Origin: Octopus vulgaris
Taxonomy: Eukaryota
Direction of reading: 5' to 3'
Length of the DNA stretch: 64,000 nt
NCBI GenBank assembly: GCA_951406725.2
Contig: OX597814.1
Coordinates: forward strand, 47,244,001-47,308,000
Shown one piece after another: positions 26,634 to 40,271 of the stretch. Made by a program: the position numbers and the translations under genes. How positions within the stretch are numbered: position 1 is the stretch's first letter; every line of letters starts with the position of its first letter. The notes below the pieces were generated by a model. It did no database searches, had not been told where the DNA came from, and saw nothing but the letters and a program-made list of their open reading frames with translations.

Positions 26634-27021
26634 AAAAACAATCTTGTACTGGCATTTCTAATACTGGACAACTTACAACTAAAACATCTAGGTTTTAATA
26701 ACTAGACCTTAAACTTCACCATTCCCAATGGTTGCTCTATGGGATACAGTGGCTAAACACACAAAGCCCTTATCCAAAAGATTTTGCTTTAACTGATTAG
26801 TAGAGACTCACTGAACAATAAACTAAGATGGCACTGATATACCATTTTATCTTTCTACATATTCTTGGTCAACAGTAACAACTTCTGCTCTTCTCAACAA
26901 GCTCATTGCATATCACCTGTAAGCAGGCTAACCTGACATACCTGTCTCTTGTTTTGTTCTTACTGTTTTTCACTGTCATTCTACCTATAGCTATTCATTT
27001 AAAGTTTAATCATTAAGACTA

Positions 27022-27483
27022 TCATCATCATCATTGTTTAATGTCCGTTTTCCATGTTAGCATGGGTTGGACGGTTCGACCGGAGGCTGCACCAGGCTCC
27101 AGTCTGATCTGGCAGTGTTTCTACTGCTGGATGCCCTTCCTAACGCCAACGACTCCATGAGTGTAGTGGGTGCTTTTTATATGCCACCGGTACAGGGGCC
27201 AGAGGAGGCTGGCAAATGGCCACGATCAGTTGGTGCTTTTTCATATCACCGACATGGACACCAGTCAGGCAGCGCTGGCATCTGCCACATTCAGATGGTG
27301 CTTTTTACGTGTCTTAGCTACTATTTTCATTTGATTTTTATTTTGCTGTTGGTGTTGACGTACTTGACTCAATAGGTCTCCTCAAGAACAGCGGGTCACT
27401 CTACGATCCAAGGTTAGCACAGCAGGCCATCCTGCAAGCCATGAACTCACTTCATTTGTCGGGTCTTCACAGTCACAGCATAT
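27022..27483 (-). mobile_element. RTE 3' end (family C)
   Basis: Family C tail and tandem units. Confidence 0.8.
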
Positions 27484-29199
27484 CTCAGAATCCCTAATTT
27501 GAAAAATAGGTAAGGGTTAGTGACAGGAAGGGTACTCAGCTGTAAAACAAGACCTCAATAATATATACTCATGCTAGCATAGAAAAACAGATGTAAAACA
27601 AACATGAACATAATCTTTTTCAGATGTCAAACTTAAGACAGTAAAGAACTTGTAGGACATTGAGCAACCCAGGTGTTGGTTCATAGCAATAAGACTTTCT
27701 TATATGGATAAAAAAAACAGCATAAAGACCATTAGTCCAGTCAAATGAAAAATTGTTACATTAATGATGTTAGTGAAATAATTTTATTTGATCATAAGGA
27801 ATGCACTAAAGACCCAACACTTCAACGAAATGTGAAATTGTTTGTATTTTTCTTAGTGGCTTTGGTGTATATGTGAGTTATTTGTAATGGAAAATTAATG
27901 ATAACCCTTTTTACTATAGGCACAAGGCCTAAAATTTGGGGGATGGGGACTAGTCAGTTACATCAACCCCAGTGCTTGACTGATTTACATTTCTGCTTCT
28001 CCAGTAATCACTTCAGGAAATACAGTAAAAGTTATGCTTTGTTGATGAGATCAGAATAATACTGAAATATATCTAGAGTTGCCTCCCATACTTGCTGGGA
28101 TAAAAATATTAATAATATTAGTCATTGATAAATATTTGTTCACTACATTGATAAATTTTTAGTATTTCTAATTAACTTTTTAATTCCTAATGCAATGTGA
28201 GCACTAATTTACCCATTGTTTATGATATGGATGGCATCTCTGGACTTTATAATTTTGACATTCAAAAGCTATATTAATACGAGCATTAACTCAAGGAATT
28301 CTTTTGTTAGATTAGTGTTATGTAATCTTGCCTCTTGGCAACCATTGCTTTGTTATCTCTTCGTGTTACTAGACATCAATGCTACTCTGCATGTCGTTTG
28401 ATATTGTTGATAGACATGTTTTTGCAATTGCATCTAGTTTCACAGTGCTTTAATCAACATGTGTGATGTCCACATAAATACATGACATAGAAAGCATTCC
28501 ACTTGGTTCTGATCTTAATAGCAATCTTTTCTATCTTGAATTACATCAGGACAACAAAGAATAGTTGTACTTAAAGTAGAAGGAGAGTGAATTAAACAAA
28601 TAATAATAATAATAATAATAATAATAACCAATATAAAGAAAAAAGAAACTGCAAGAAATAAGAATTCCAGTTTATATTTTTCTTTCTTTCTCCCTTACTC
28701 ATTTTAATTTTCTTTGAAATTTCCACTTGGACGAACTTATGAGATACTTGTAAATGCAACTTTGCAACGTGCGATTTTGAATTGGGAAAAAAGTAATACA
28801 GTTACATTGTGTTGACTAAATAAAGCTTTCAAGTACTATTGCTTTTTCAACTGTGGTCAACTATTATCCAGCAGAACTATGATCAAAGCCATTCCAATCA
28901 CAATGAACATGTCTTTTGTTGATTATATTGGATTACATTATCCGATGTATCCTTTTCCTTCCCAAGGCCATAGGGTGTGATTTTAGGGAGATTTGGCTAT
29001 TATTTTCAGCTACTCAAGTAAGCACTTATTTGCTTACTTGTCAACCACTAGTGTTTAGTATTTTTTTGCTTTGTCACAGTGTAGTGATATTGATAGACTA
29101 TAGGCCATTAATCCTTCAGCAGAGACTGTATTGCTGGTACCTATAACTTTTAACTTAGGCCACATTTGACTTCAGAAACATGAGGCACCACCTAGGTAT

Positions 29200-29415
29200 C
29201 AATTTCAAATTTTGGCACAGGGCCAGCAAGTTCGGGGGAGGGTGTAAGTTGATTAGATCAACCGCAATATTCAATGAGTACTCATTTTATTGACCCACCC
29301 TGAAAGGATGAAAGGCAGAGTTGACCCCCAACAAAATTTGAACTCAGAATGTAAAGACAGATGAAATGCTGCTAAGCATTTTTGCCTAACATGCCAACAA
29401 TTCTGCCAGCTTGTC
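29200..29415 (-). mobile_element. SINE family B
   Basis: Reverse copy of family B. Confidence 0.75.
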
Positions 29416-29541
29416 ACCATGCACCAACTAAATATCATAAAGAAATCTAGTTTGATGATATATGTTATGTGCTATATCTCTTGCTCTGATGTGGAGGTGT
29501 GTGGTTTAATAGTTAGGGTGTTGGACTCCTGATCATAAGAT

Positions 29542-29990
29542 TCATCATCATCGTTTAACGTCTGTTTTCCATGATGGTATTGGTTGGACAGTTTGACTGA
29601 GGTTTGGGAAGCCAGCGGCTGCACCAGGCTCCAATCTGATCTGGTAGTGATTCTACAGCTGGATGCCCTTCCTAACGCCAACCACTCCCAGAGTGTAGTA
29701 GGTGCTTTTTACATGTCACTGGCACAGGAGTCAGTCAAGTGGGCCTGGCATTGATCTTGTTTGGATGGTGCTTTTTGCATGCCATTGGAACGAGAGCCAG
29801 TCACAGGGTACTGGCATTGGCCACATTCAGATGGTGCTCTTTTAGGTACCACTGGCACGGGAGCCAGTCAGGCAGACCTGGCATCAACCACGTTCACATG
29901 GTGCTTTTTACATGCCACCAGCACAGGAGCCAGTCAGGAGGCACTGGCTATGATATTGGTTTTATTTCACTCAACTAGTCTTCTCAAGCA
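29542..29990 (-). mobile_element. RTE 3' end (family C) with ~4 tandem units
   Basis: Family C tail and repeated ggtgctttttacatgccac units. Confidence 0.8.
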
Positions 29991-30341
29991 TATCATATTA
30001 CCCGACACATCAGGGATACTCTTAACTGTATGTTTGTGTATGTATGTGTGTGTGTGTGTGTCACTGTCTCTTTGCCTTAACATCATGAAATAGCTATGAG
30101 TGTCTTGATCATACAAGCAGTGTCCTTCCGTTCCTGTCTTCTGTGAAAACATACCTAGCCATGGGGAAATATTTCTTTGCTTGGAAACAGACAAAGGTTG
30201 GCAACTGGAAGGTTACCTGGACATAGAAATCTACCTTAACAAATCCCGTTTGACCCATGCAAGCATGAAAAACATGGATGGTAAAATAATGACAATGGTG
30301 ATGATGAGGATATACTCATATGAGACATGATAGCAAGAAAG

Positions 30342-30735
30342 GTGCAACCATGGCTATGTGGTGCGAAGTTTGCTTCCCAACCACATGGTTCTGGGTTCAG
30401 TCCCACTGCATGGCACTTTGGGCAAGTGTCTTCTACTATAGCCCTAGGCCAACCAAAGTTTTGTGAGTGAATTTTAAAAATAGACACTGAAAGAAGCCTG
30501 TCTTGTGTGTGTTTGAGTGCTTTTATGCTTGTGTTTTGTTCCCTATCACTTTAGCAACCAGTGATGATTTGTTCACATCCTTGTAACTTACCAATTTGGC
30601 AAAATAGACTGATAAGATGAAGTACAAAGTTTTTAAAAATAAGTACTGAGGTCAATTTGTTCGACTAAAACCTTTCAGTGCAGTACCCCAGCATAGCTGT
30701 AATTCAGTAACTGAAACAAGTTAAAGATAAAAGAT
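30342..30735 (+). mobile_element. SINE family A
   Basis: tRNA-like head tggctatgtggt...gggttcagtccc; diverged copy of 32509-32927. Confidence 0.8.
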
Positions 30736-31394
30736 GGCTATTATTTGAATGGTTGTTTCCAGTCAAATTAAATATTTCTTATGAGTTGTGCTGGTGTGTC
30801 ACATTAAAAGCACTGGTACCACATAAAAAGCACCCACTACACACTGTAAAGTGGTTGGCATTAGGAAGGGCATCCAGCCATAAAAACCATGCCAGAACTC
30901 TGATGGAGTCTGGTGCAGACTCAGGCCTTACCAGCTCCAGTCAAACTGTCCGACCCATGCCAGCATAGAAAATTGACATTAAATGATGATGATGAGCATC
31001 TTAAACAAGTTTCTCAAAGACTCAGCATTACTCTATTGTAAACACGACTAGAATCATTGCAATAAAGCAACAATTAAACGCTACTACAACTAAGGTTATA
31101 GTAACTGTGTAGAAGGAAAAACACCAAATTCACATTTTTGTTTTCAGTTCAGTTATAGTAGTTGTTAGTTTATTAGTTGAAAATGTACTTATTCACCTCA
31201 CAGAGATTAATTTACTAATGTCACTTATTAGGAAGTCAAATACCAAATAATAATGATAGTAATAATTATGTTGATGATTTCTAAGATAATCACAAGGCCA
31301 CGGATTTTGTGGGAGGGGTGCAGTTGATCTCAGGTTTTGAACTCTGAATGTAAAGGTGTCATAACTAAAAGCTGCAAGGCATTTTGTACTGCAC

Positions 31395-31585
31395 TCTTCT
31401 TCTTCTTCTTCTTCTTCTTCTTCTTCTTCTTCTTCTTCTTCTTCTTCTTCTTCTTCTTCTTCTTCTTCTTCTTCTTCCTCCTCCTCCTCCTCCTCATCAT
31501 CATCATCATTACTATTATCATTATTATTACTATTATCATCATTTATTATTATTGTTATCATCATCATTATCATCATCATCATCAT
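31395..31585. repeat. Compound (TTC)n(CTC)n(CAT/TAT)n microsatellite
   Basis: Read directly; source of the spurious poly-E/K/F/L ORFs. Confidence 0.97.
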
Positions 31586-32109
31586 AAATAATAATATTAA
31601 TAATGAGTTGTTAAATTCAGTAGCATAGAGTTGAGAAGCTAACTAGCAAATTTCCGTACATCAAAAAGATAGTGCTTCTAAGAGGTGCACACATTCTTAG
31701 GGGAGAGGAAGGGGGAACCATTAAATAAGGATGATAACTATAAAACTACTTTACCTTAGTTACAAAAGGGCATTTGTATTAGAGTACATGTGCCCTAGTA
31801 ATAATGATGATGATGATGGTAATGACCAAGACAACAATGGGGAAGCAAGTGGCAGGGGGTGACAGCAGCAGCATGATGACTTTTTAATTTGTCATCATTA
31901 TATCAAAAAGGATGCTGCAAAGGAAAAAAATAATGCTAATATCAAATTTGAATATTAGCACTGAATAGCTTTATTGTTATCCTTATTTAATTGTTCCCCC
32001 TTCCCCTCAGAAGTTTGTGCACATCTTAGAAACACTGTCTTTTTGATGTACGGAAACTGTTGTTATGTATAAAATATCTAATTCATACTTTGTAAGATAT
32101 TTATTTAAA

Positions 32110-32488
32110 AGGCGGCAAGGTGGCAGAATCGTTAGCACACCGGGCAAAATGCTTAGCAGCCTTTCAGTTGTCTTTATGTTCTCGGTTCAAATTCTGTCAC
32201 AGTCAGCTTTACTTTTCATCCTTTCAGGGTCTATAAAATAAGTACCGGTTGAATACTGGTACATTTCCTGAATAGCCATGTCGAAATTTGAAACCACTAT
32301 TAAATTAAAATGGTTGTTAACGTTAATAATAGTAATAATAATGGTTTCAAATTTTGGCTCAAGGCCAACAAGTTTGGGGTGCTCAACAGGTACTTATTTT
32401 ATTGACCTCAAAAGGATGAAAGGCATAGTCGACCTCAGTGGAATTTGAACTCAGAAAGTAAAAATGGAAGAAAATGCTGCTAAGCATT
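32110..32488. mobile_element. Two SINE B copies in inverted orientation
   Basis: + copy 32110-32296, - copy 32343-32488. Confidence 0.75.
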
Positions 32489-32494
32489 TAATAA

Positions 32495-33312
32495 TCTCTA
32501 TATATATAGGCGCAGGAGTGGCTGTGTGGTAAGTAGCTTGCTTACCAACCACATGGTTCCGGGTTCAGTCCCACTGCGTGGCACCTTGGGCAAGTGTCTT
32601 CTACTATAGCCTCGGGCCGAACCAAAGCCTTGTGAGTGGATTTGGTAGACGGAAACTGAAAGAAGCCCGTCGTATATATATATATGTGTGTGTGTGGGTG
32701 TATGTTTGTGTGTCTGTGTTTGTCCCCCTAGCATTGCTTGACAACCGATGCTGGTGTGTTTATGTCCCCGTCACTTAGTGGTTCGGCAAAAGAGACCGAT
32801 AGAATAAGTACTGGGCTTACAAAGAATAAGTCCCGGGGTTGAGTTGCTTGACTAAAGGCGGTGCTCCAGCATGGCCGCAGTCAACTGACTGAAACAAGTA
32901 AAAGAGTAAAAGAGTAAAGAGTAAGAGTATATAAAGCTGAAATTGTCTGTGTATGGCAGGTTTGGTAGCCTCCAACTAACACTATCTCCTCCGAGATCCT
33001 GCGATGCAAGTTGACCAAAATTGAGAGTATGATAGAGGAAGGCTTTATCTTCCTTCCATAGAAGAAAAAATTCAAATCGGACCATGTTAAGACCAAAAAT
33101 TATTTACATCAAAAAGGCGCTTTTTTTCTATGAAAATCCCTATTTATTACGATTTTTTTTACTGCTGTGTCGCCATTTTTCAGTGTATTTCAACCAGAAA
33201 AATGTTCACTTAAAGAGAATAACAAGCTACATAATGCAAAACTTTTACTTTTCAAAAATTCCAATTCTAAAGGGTCGAAACAAACCCGAGCAATGCCGGG
33301 CGATACTGCTAG
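32495..33312 (+). mobile_element. Non-autonomous Helitron carrying a SINE insertion
   Basis: A|TC 5' end, 3' hairpin cccgagcaatgccggg (33285-33300), CTAG|T end, inserted between A and T. Confidence 0.8.
32509..32927 (+). mobile_element. Full-length tRNA-derived SINE family A
   Basis: A-box-like gtggctgtgtggtaa, B-box-like gggttcagtccc, internal TA/TG microsatellite, (GTAAAAGA)n tail; CpGs retained. Confidence 0.88.
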
Positions 33313-33749
33313 TAATACAATATAAATAACAATCATACCTGTAAAAATAGTCGTTACTGTTTTAAAATTGTACTTGTCATGATTGTAAACCATAAGAGAT
33401 AATGTTAACAACAGTAATCAATGTTCAACCAGTGGCTGGACCGATTAACATTATAACAAGACTAACCAATACTTAATTGCAAATTACAACTTTGTACATA
33501 AGGATTTAGTTCCTTGCTGTCTGTCTACTTAATCTTGTTTGCTTAGTATATGTTTGCTGTACACATATCAAGTAATAGCTTTTATAGTCAGTTACTCATT
33601 GAACATTGAATCTGTTATTTTTGAGTTGCATGAACTCATCAGAAATGGTGACTTCAAAACATTGAAAGTAGAAAATATCCTTATCCTTGTTAAAAGATCT
33701 CCTAGTGGTTATGAAATAGAAAGTCCTTTTTCCCTTAAACTTATATTCT

Positions 33750-34116
33750 TATTTCTTTACTGCCCACAAGGGGCTACACACAGAGGGGACAAACAAGGAC
33801 AGACAAACGGATTAAGTCGATTATATCGACCTCAGTGCGTAACTGCGGCTTTGCCTTTCATCCTTCCGAGGTCGATTAAATAAGTACCAGTTATGCACTG
33901 GGGTCGATATAATCAACTTAATCCGTTTCTCTATCCTTGTTTGTCCTCTCTGTGTTTAGCCCCCTGTGGGTAGTGAAGAAATAGGTATTTATTTAATCAA
34001 CCCCAAAAGGATGAAAGGCGAAGTCGACCTCGACGGAATTTGAACTCAGAACATAAAGACAGACAAAATACTGCTAAGCATTTCGCCCGGTGTGCTAATG
34101 ATTCTGCCAGCTCGCC
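33750..34116. mobile_element. SINE B with an internal inverted copy
   Basis: Minus-strand SINE interrupted at 33846-33983 by a plus-strand copy of the same family. Confidence 0.8.
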
Positions 34117-35029
34117 TACACTATAACACTGCATATTCTATCTGACAATGTGTGTGTGTGTGTAATTCTTATATGATTATATATCAGAGTTGCTCAGGTT
34201 GCATGAAGCACCACTAAACTGTCTTAAAGCACAGCTATCTTAAAGAAGGACACGTTGGGTAATGCAGCCTGAGAGACAAAGATGAGATAGTCATGGTTGG
34301 AGTGCCTTTGGTCATAAGTTTGCTTGATCATTACTGACTTTGGGCTAAACAACAACTTGATACTTATAGGATACAACTTATTGTAAGCCACTGACTAGTT
34401 CTTCAGCTAAAGTAGAACAGAGATTTAGTCATGCAGAAGGTTATAAAGTGGGTGGGGCAGTAGTTAGGGCCATAAGAAATGAATGGAAGAAAGGAGGTAG
34501 GAGAGAACAATATGTAAAAGTTAGATGGGTAGAAAGTAGGTTTATTTGAGGAGTATAATATATTCAGAATTGCAAGTCAATGTATCACACCATGGGAAAT
34601 TGATGTATATTCTTTTCAAAAAGCATAATAGTAATAAAAATAATGATTTCTTTTGTCTTCGTTACAAAACCCTTTTGCTTCTTTTTTCAAAGAACAGCTA
34701 CAGTTGTTTGAATGAATTCCTGTATATTACTAGTATTTATGTTAATGAACTCTGTAGAGCTAATGTTAAGCTTCTTGTAAGTTTCATTTCTCAGCAGAAG
34801 CCATTTCAGTTGAGAAACGAAAATATAAACATCATAATGTCTCTTTTTTTGTCAGCCCTAAAAGATAGATTCTTGAGTTTAGTAAAACCATTTTACTGAT
34901 TCCAAGTGAACAAAGAAACAATGTGCAAAGCCAAGCTAAGAATTGCATGGCACCAACATTGTGTAAGGCCAAGCAAAGAATTGCTTGGCACCAACTTAAA
35001 TAGTATAAAGCATCTGGTGATATATCTTT

Positions 35030-35355
35030 TTGTCTTTTACTTGTTTCAGAATTTTTATCCAAATGAATCAACCCCAATACTTGGTTTTTACTTATGCTAT
35101 CATTCTCTTTTGCCAAACCGCTAAGTTATGAGGATATAAAGACACCAATATTGGCTGTCAAGTGATGGTGGGGACAAACAAACACAAAGGCACACACACA
35201 CACATACATATGCATAAACAACAGGTTTCTTTCAGTTTCCGTCTATCAAGTCCACACACAAGGCTTTGGTCAGCCCAAGACTGTAATAAAAAACACTTGC
35301 CCAAGGTGCCATGCAGTGGGACTGAATCTGGAATCATGTGGTTGGGTAGCAACTG
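35030..35355 (-). mobile_element. SINE family A
   Basis: Reverse copy of family A. Confidence 0.8.
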
Positions 35356-35475
35356 AAATTTACTCTAACTCCCCTGACTTTTTGTTAGTTAATTAGGCAA
35401 AGAGTTTGTTCTTTTAGACAGACAAGCAATTTTTGACAGAAAGAAGTTTAACCCTTTACAAATATATTTACAAAT

Positions 35476-35765
35476 ATGAAGACCCCCTTCAGTCATGAAT
35501 GACTATGGAATTGCACCTAGAAAGTTACCCTCTGAAGCACAAGTCTGGGCAAAGTTGTTTAAAGAAGACTAGCAGTCGCCCATGCATACCAGCCTGTCCT
35601 CTCCATGACACCAGTAACATTGCAACTCATTTTTACAGCTGAGTGAACTAGAGCAATGTGAAATAAAGTGTCATGCGCAAGAACACAACACACAGCCAGG
35701 TCTGGGATTCGAACTCACAACCTCATGATTGTGAGCCTGATGCTCTAACCTCTGAGCCATGCACC
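35476..35765 (-). mobile_element. tRNA-derived SINE family D
   Basis: Minus strand: tggctcagaggttagagcatc...gagttcgaatccc (A/B boxes), then ttcttgcgcatgacact and actcagctgtaaaaatgagt. Related copy at 43757-43925 (+). Confidence 0.75.
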
Positions 35766-36592
35766 AATCATAATGCCTATTCATTCACATTGTTTTGAAT
35801 TAATATGCATTGTCTTGTAGCTTCGAGATATCAATGATGTGAGCATATATTTTTGCAATGACATTGAAGGATAGATATGAGAAACCAATATGGATGGTTT
35901 GGACATAATTCAGGTAGCATATTTAGGCTGGATATGGCCAGTTTAAAATGCTAAAGATTAAATCAGTTTTTATCATAGCTAATTCTGTATTGAAATGCTT
36001 TTAGTTTAAATCTAAAGAATTTCACCCATTTAAGTCAAATAATTGAACTTTACTCAATCTGTTACTGGAGTAGGCCTTGTGCCTTGTAAAATGAAATATC
36101 ATGAGTCAATATTACCACTACAGTAATCATAAAGTTTAGGAAATATGTGGCTGGTTGTTGTTTAGCTCCACATCTGTTCTGATTGAGCATATCTATGATC
36201 TGGAAAACTATGAAATTTAACTTAACACATAAACACATGAGAGGAATAATATCCTTTCCTTTATTAATTATATAAACAGCATAGCAAGAAAGTAAATTAG
36301 CAAGACAGAATTATATATAAAAGAACAAAACCGTCTCAGATAAAGTTTGGCCACATGTTGTCTGGCTGATAATGTCAGTTTTTACTCAAATCTTCGATAC
36401 AACTTTTAAAATCCTGGCTAATCACCACAAACTGGTAATTTGGGTGAGCTGAATGCCAGCTCTGTGTGGGCATTATTATATCTCTGCTGATATTGATCAT
36501 AGATTCTCTATAATTTTGTGTCATAAACTATTGTCATTTTCGAAACTTGCAGCCAGAAGTAACTGTAAAACAGTGTGAAGATATTGGTCTTC

Positions 36593-36633
<41 letters not shown>

Positions 36634-37156
36634 TTATATATATACACATATATACATATAGTGTTGTAGAAGACATAAAAAACTGTTGTTATGTATAAGA
36701 TCCAGTTCATTCTTTGATATGCATTTATTTATTTTACATCTGCTTTCCTAGCTGGCATGGGTTGAACAGATTATCATGATGCAACCTAGTTTTTGTTCAG
36801 AATTATTGTTCCCCTTGATAGGTCAAAGAACCATGTCTTGTTTATAGGTACCATTTTCAGCTTGGTTTCTATAGCTTGAGGCCCTTCTTAACACTAATCA
36901 TTTTACAGAATATACCAAGTGAATTTTATCAAGGCACCAATACTGGAGAGGTTGTCCAGTCCTGAGGAAAACTAAAGGTTTCTCTCAGCTCTACACTGTC
37001 TCTCTTCATTTACCAACTGCTTTGCAGAGTGTATTGGGCACATTTAATCATAGTACTAACATTAGAGATGTTGTGTTGTATCCCTCAAGACTAAAGAGTC
37101 CTCAGTTTTCTACAATGTGTCTTTTGCTCAAGATAACATGACCAAGCATGGTGAAT

Positions 37157-37191
<35 letters not shown>

Positions 37192-38451
37192 AAAGGCAAT
37201 AGTATAAGAGAAACTGAGGAATGAGAGGATGCTAGGGAAAAGAGTAATGAAAGATACAGCACTGGAGGGAACAATGGAAAAGACAATAAAGAGCAAGAGA
37301 AGGAAGTAATAATAATAATAATAATAATAATAATGTTGATGTGTGTGAGAGAGAGAGAGAGATGAATGTCGGGAGGGAGTGATGGCTAATAGTACAGAAA
37401 CGGATTGTTTGCTAGTAAGAGAGTGTGTCAGTGATAGGCATGTAGATGGACAATGGATATCAATAACAAGTGAGGTGGGAAGAGAGGGTGGTGGTTAGCA
37501 ATAGTGGGGGCTGGTGGAAGTGTATTGATTATGAACAGACTTAATGCAATTTCTCATTAACTAAGCATTGTGATAGTAGAGAGAGGGAGAGAGATAGGAA
37601 TGGTGGAAAAAGGTGTTTGAATATGGACAGATTGAAAGCTATCCTTCATTACATGGGCAGCACGGTCCAGTGAATAAGAGAAAGGTTGAGTGGAGAGGTA
37701 AATGATAAAAACAATGAGAAGTTATTGATGAGACGAGGGGGAGCAGATGGAGACTCAACAGAAATGTAATGAGCAAATAACACAAATGAGTATATATTAT
37801 ACATCTCATCACTACAAACATTTTAGCATTGATTTTGTTTATTTATTTGCATGTTTTGGACCTGCATTGTTTGGAGGGTTTACAGTTCAGCCATTTTCCA
37901 TCTGTGTCAAATCTTCATCATCTTGTTTATGATATGGAATATTTTCAGATCTGACCCTAATCATTTCATACTAAGTTCTACTAATACAATGTTTTGGTTT
38001 CTAAATTAGAATCTGTGCACGCATGTTACTGAGGCCCTGTTGTACCATTCTTTGTTTGAACTGAAACTATGATTCCAAACTCACAAAGAGAACGAATGCT
38101 TATTTATTCTCACAGATCACTGGGAAGAATTTTCTGATATAAGGCTGGAAATAAACCCAGGTGGATGTATTTAAGCATTCAGTTGAATTTGACAAAGAAC
38201 CTGACAGTTTATTAGGAACACAGGGACATAAATATTTATTGGGGATTTCAGTTACATGCAACACTTTTCTTTAATATTCCGGTTTCTACATTAATAAATA
38301 CCTTCTTGAATTCCCTTTCTCTAACTTACACCTCATCATCTCAAATATACTGCAACCAAGTACAGTAAATTCTTCAGTTACATTTATTTCTTCATTCTGT
38401 TTCTTTAAGGTGATTATTCAGATTCTTGTTCTTGCATCAGATGACCACATA

Positions 38452-38703
38452 TCTATAAATATAAAACTGTAGTTGTGTGAGTGTCTGTCCCCTTCGATTT
38501 AGATTCCTAACAACTCCCACATTTTGCGGTGCAGTTTAACCAAATTCGGGTATCTTATAGTCGTGATTCATATCGAGCCCGTCTGGGTATTAGCGCGCGT
38601 CTACGATGAGTCTACGATTTTAAAAATAATTTAACATCATTTTTTATTCTATTTTAATGCATAATTTTTCGTGTGTCGATGGCGGCGGAGTTGGCGTCCA
38701 CGC
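38452..38703 (+). mobile_element. Helitron-like 5' fragment
   Basis: A|TCTATAAATATAAAACTG start like the 32495 element; CpG-rich; no 3' hairpin or CTAG. Confidence 0.65.
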
Positions 38704-38994
38704 TTAAGGTGATTATTCAGATTCTTGTTCTTGCATCAGATGGCCACATATAAATAATAAAGATAAAACTGCATATCAAACACAGAGTCAGAAAGTACTT
38801 ATATTACAGTGCAACCCACATTTGAGTACTATCCATATAAGTAGGGTGGAACAACTGCTGCACATACAAAGATTTTTAATTGCACTCAAATAGTTCTCTG
38901 ATTGATTAACAAATTCCTAATTACTCAATATAATGCAACCACTGACTTACTGACATGCTATTTCTACCATTTCTGACTTTTCTTATTTATTTTT

Positions 38995-39160
38995 ACTTAT
39001 TGCCCACAAGGGGCTAAACATAGAGGGGACAAACAAGGACAGACAAAGGGATTAAGTCGATTACAACAACCCCAGTGCATAACTGGTACTTAATTTATCG
39101 ACCTCAAAAGGATGAAAGGCAAAGTCAACCTCGGCGGAATTTGAACTCAGAACATAACAG
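38995..39160 (-). mobile_element. SINE family B
   Basis: Reverse copy of family B. Confidence 0.75.
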
Positions 39161-39164
39161 CATG

Positions 39165-39450
39165 TCTTTTCTATCATTATGTCTTTTCTGTCTTTTCTAT
39201 CATTATGACAAAGACCATTTCTGTCTTTTCTATCTACAAAGCTCTCTGCTCTTCAGAATTAGCAAGCTATGTACCACTTTTGTTTCAGCCCAAGCTTGGT
39301 ACTCACCTCTTATCACATCATCCCTACTATGTTTCACCTGCTAGTCCCATTCAAAATACTTCACTTAATTCTCTCTTTCCCAGAATTTCAACACTTTGGT
39401 ACACTTTCTCAAGTTATACTTTTCCCACAGGCATCAACCTATGGTATTTT
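39165..39450 (+). mobile_element. Degenerate CR1/L2-group LINE 3' end
   Basis: LCSSELASYVP...SLFPRISTLWYTF...FP...NL..F, resembling the FPRT..LWN.LP motif. Confidence 0.55.
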
Positions 39451-39453
39451 AAT

Positions 39454-40057
39454 TTAACCCTTTAGCATTCAGACGACCCTGTCAAATGTAATGCTTCTTT
39501 AATCACTTTGTTTTGAATTAATCATACATTATCTCATATCTTTGAGAGTTCGCTGATGTGAATGTTTATTTTTTAGAATGATATTGTAGGGTAGGTTGGA
39601 GAGGCCAAATCTGATCAGTTTGAACGTAAAACAGGTAGAATAATAAGAGCCAGCTTTGACCAGTTTAAATACTAATTGGCATCAACTTCAGCAAACATGA
39701 AAGAACTGAAAAGAACAATGGGATCTGTTATTCTTCAGCTTAGAATTATAGTTTCAGTTCAAATGAACAATAACACAATAAGTCATTGTTAGTGTACATG
39801 TGTAGAGATCCAAAGAGAATGTGAAAAGAACATCCTTTAACATTTTAGCATTTAAACTACCATATCAGGCCCAAACATTCTGTTTTCTATTCAAAGTGGC
39901 TAGATCTGACCTCTCACATGTACCCTACAATGTCATTCTAAAAAATAAACAATCGCTTTATTTAAATCTTGAAGCTATGAGATAATGCATGATTAATTCA
40001 AAGTAATGTGAATAAATAAGCAGTATATCTGACAGTAATCTGAATGTTAAACGGTTA
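39454..40057. mobile_element. Inverted pair of MITE family E
   Basis: 39454-39680 and an oppositely oriented copy at 39836-40057. Confidence 0.7.
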
Positions 40058-40271
40058 AAAAGGAAAAGAAAAATGTATTTCAAGCAATCAACTAATTTTC
40101 CCCTGGTACTTTGATTAAAGTACAAATTTAAATTTCAACTTTCCCCACTGCTCTGTTATTCTCTTTTATTAGTTGGAAGTTGAATGTATATTGCCTCGAA
40201 GAAGAATTATTTTAACTTATAGTATAGTGATATCATCAATATTGATATTTTTACAATTTATATTCTATGTA

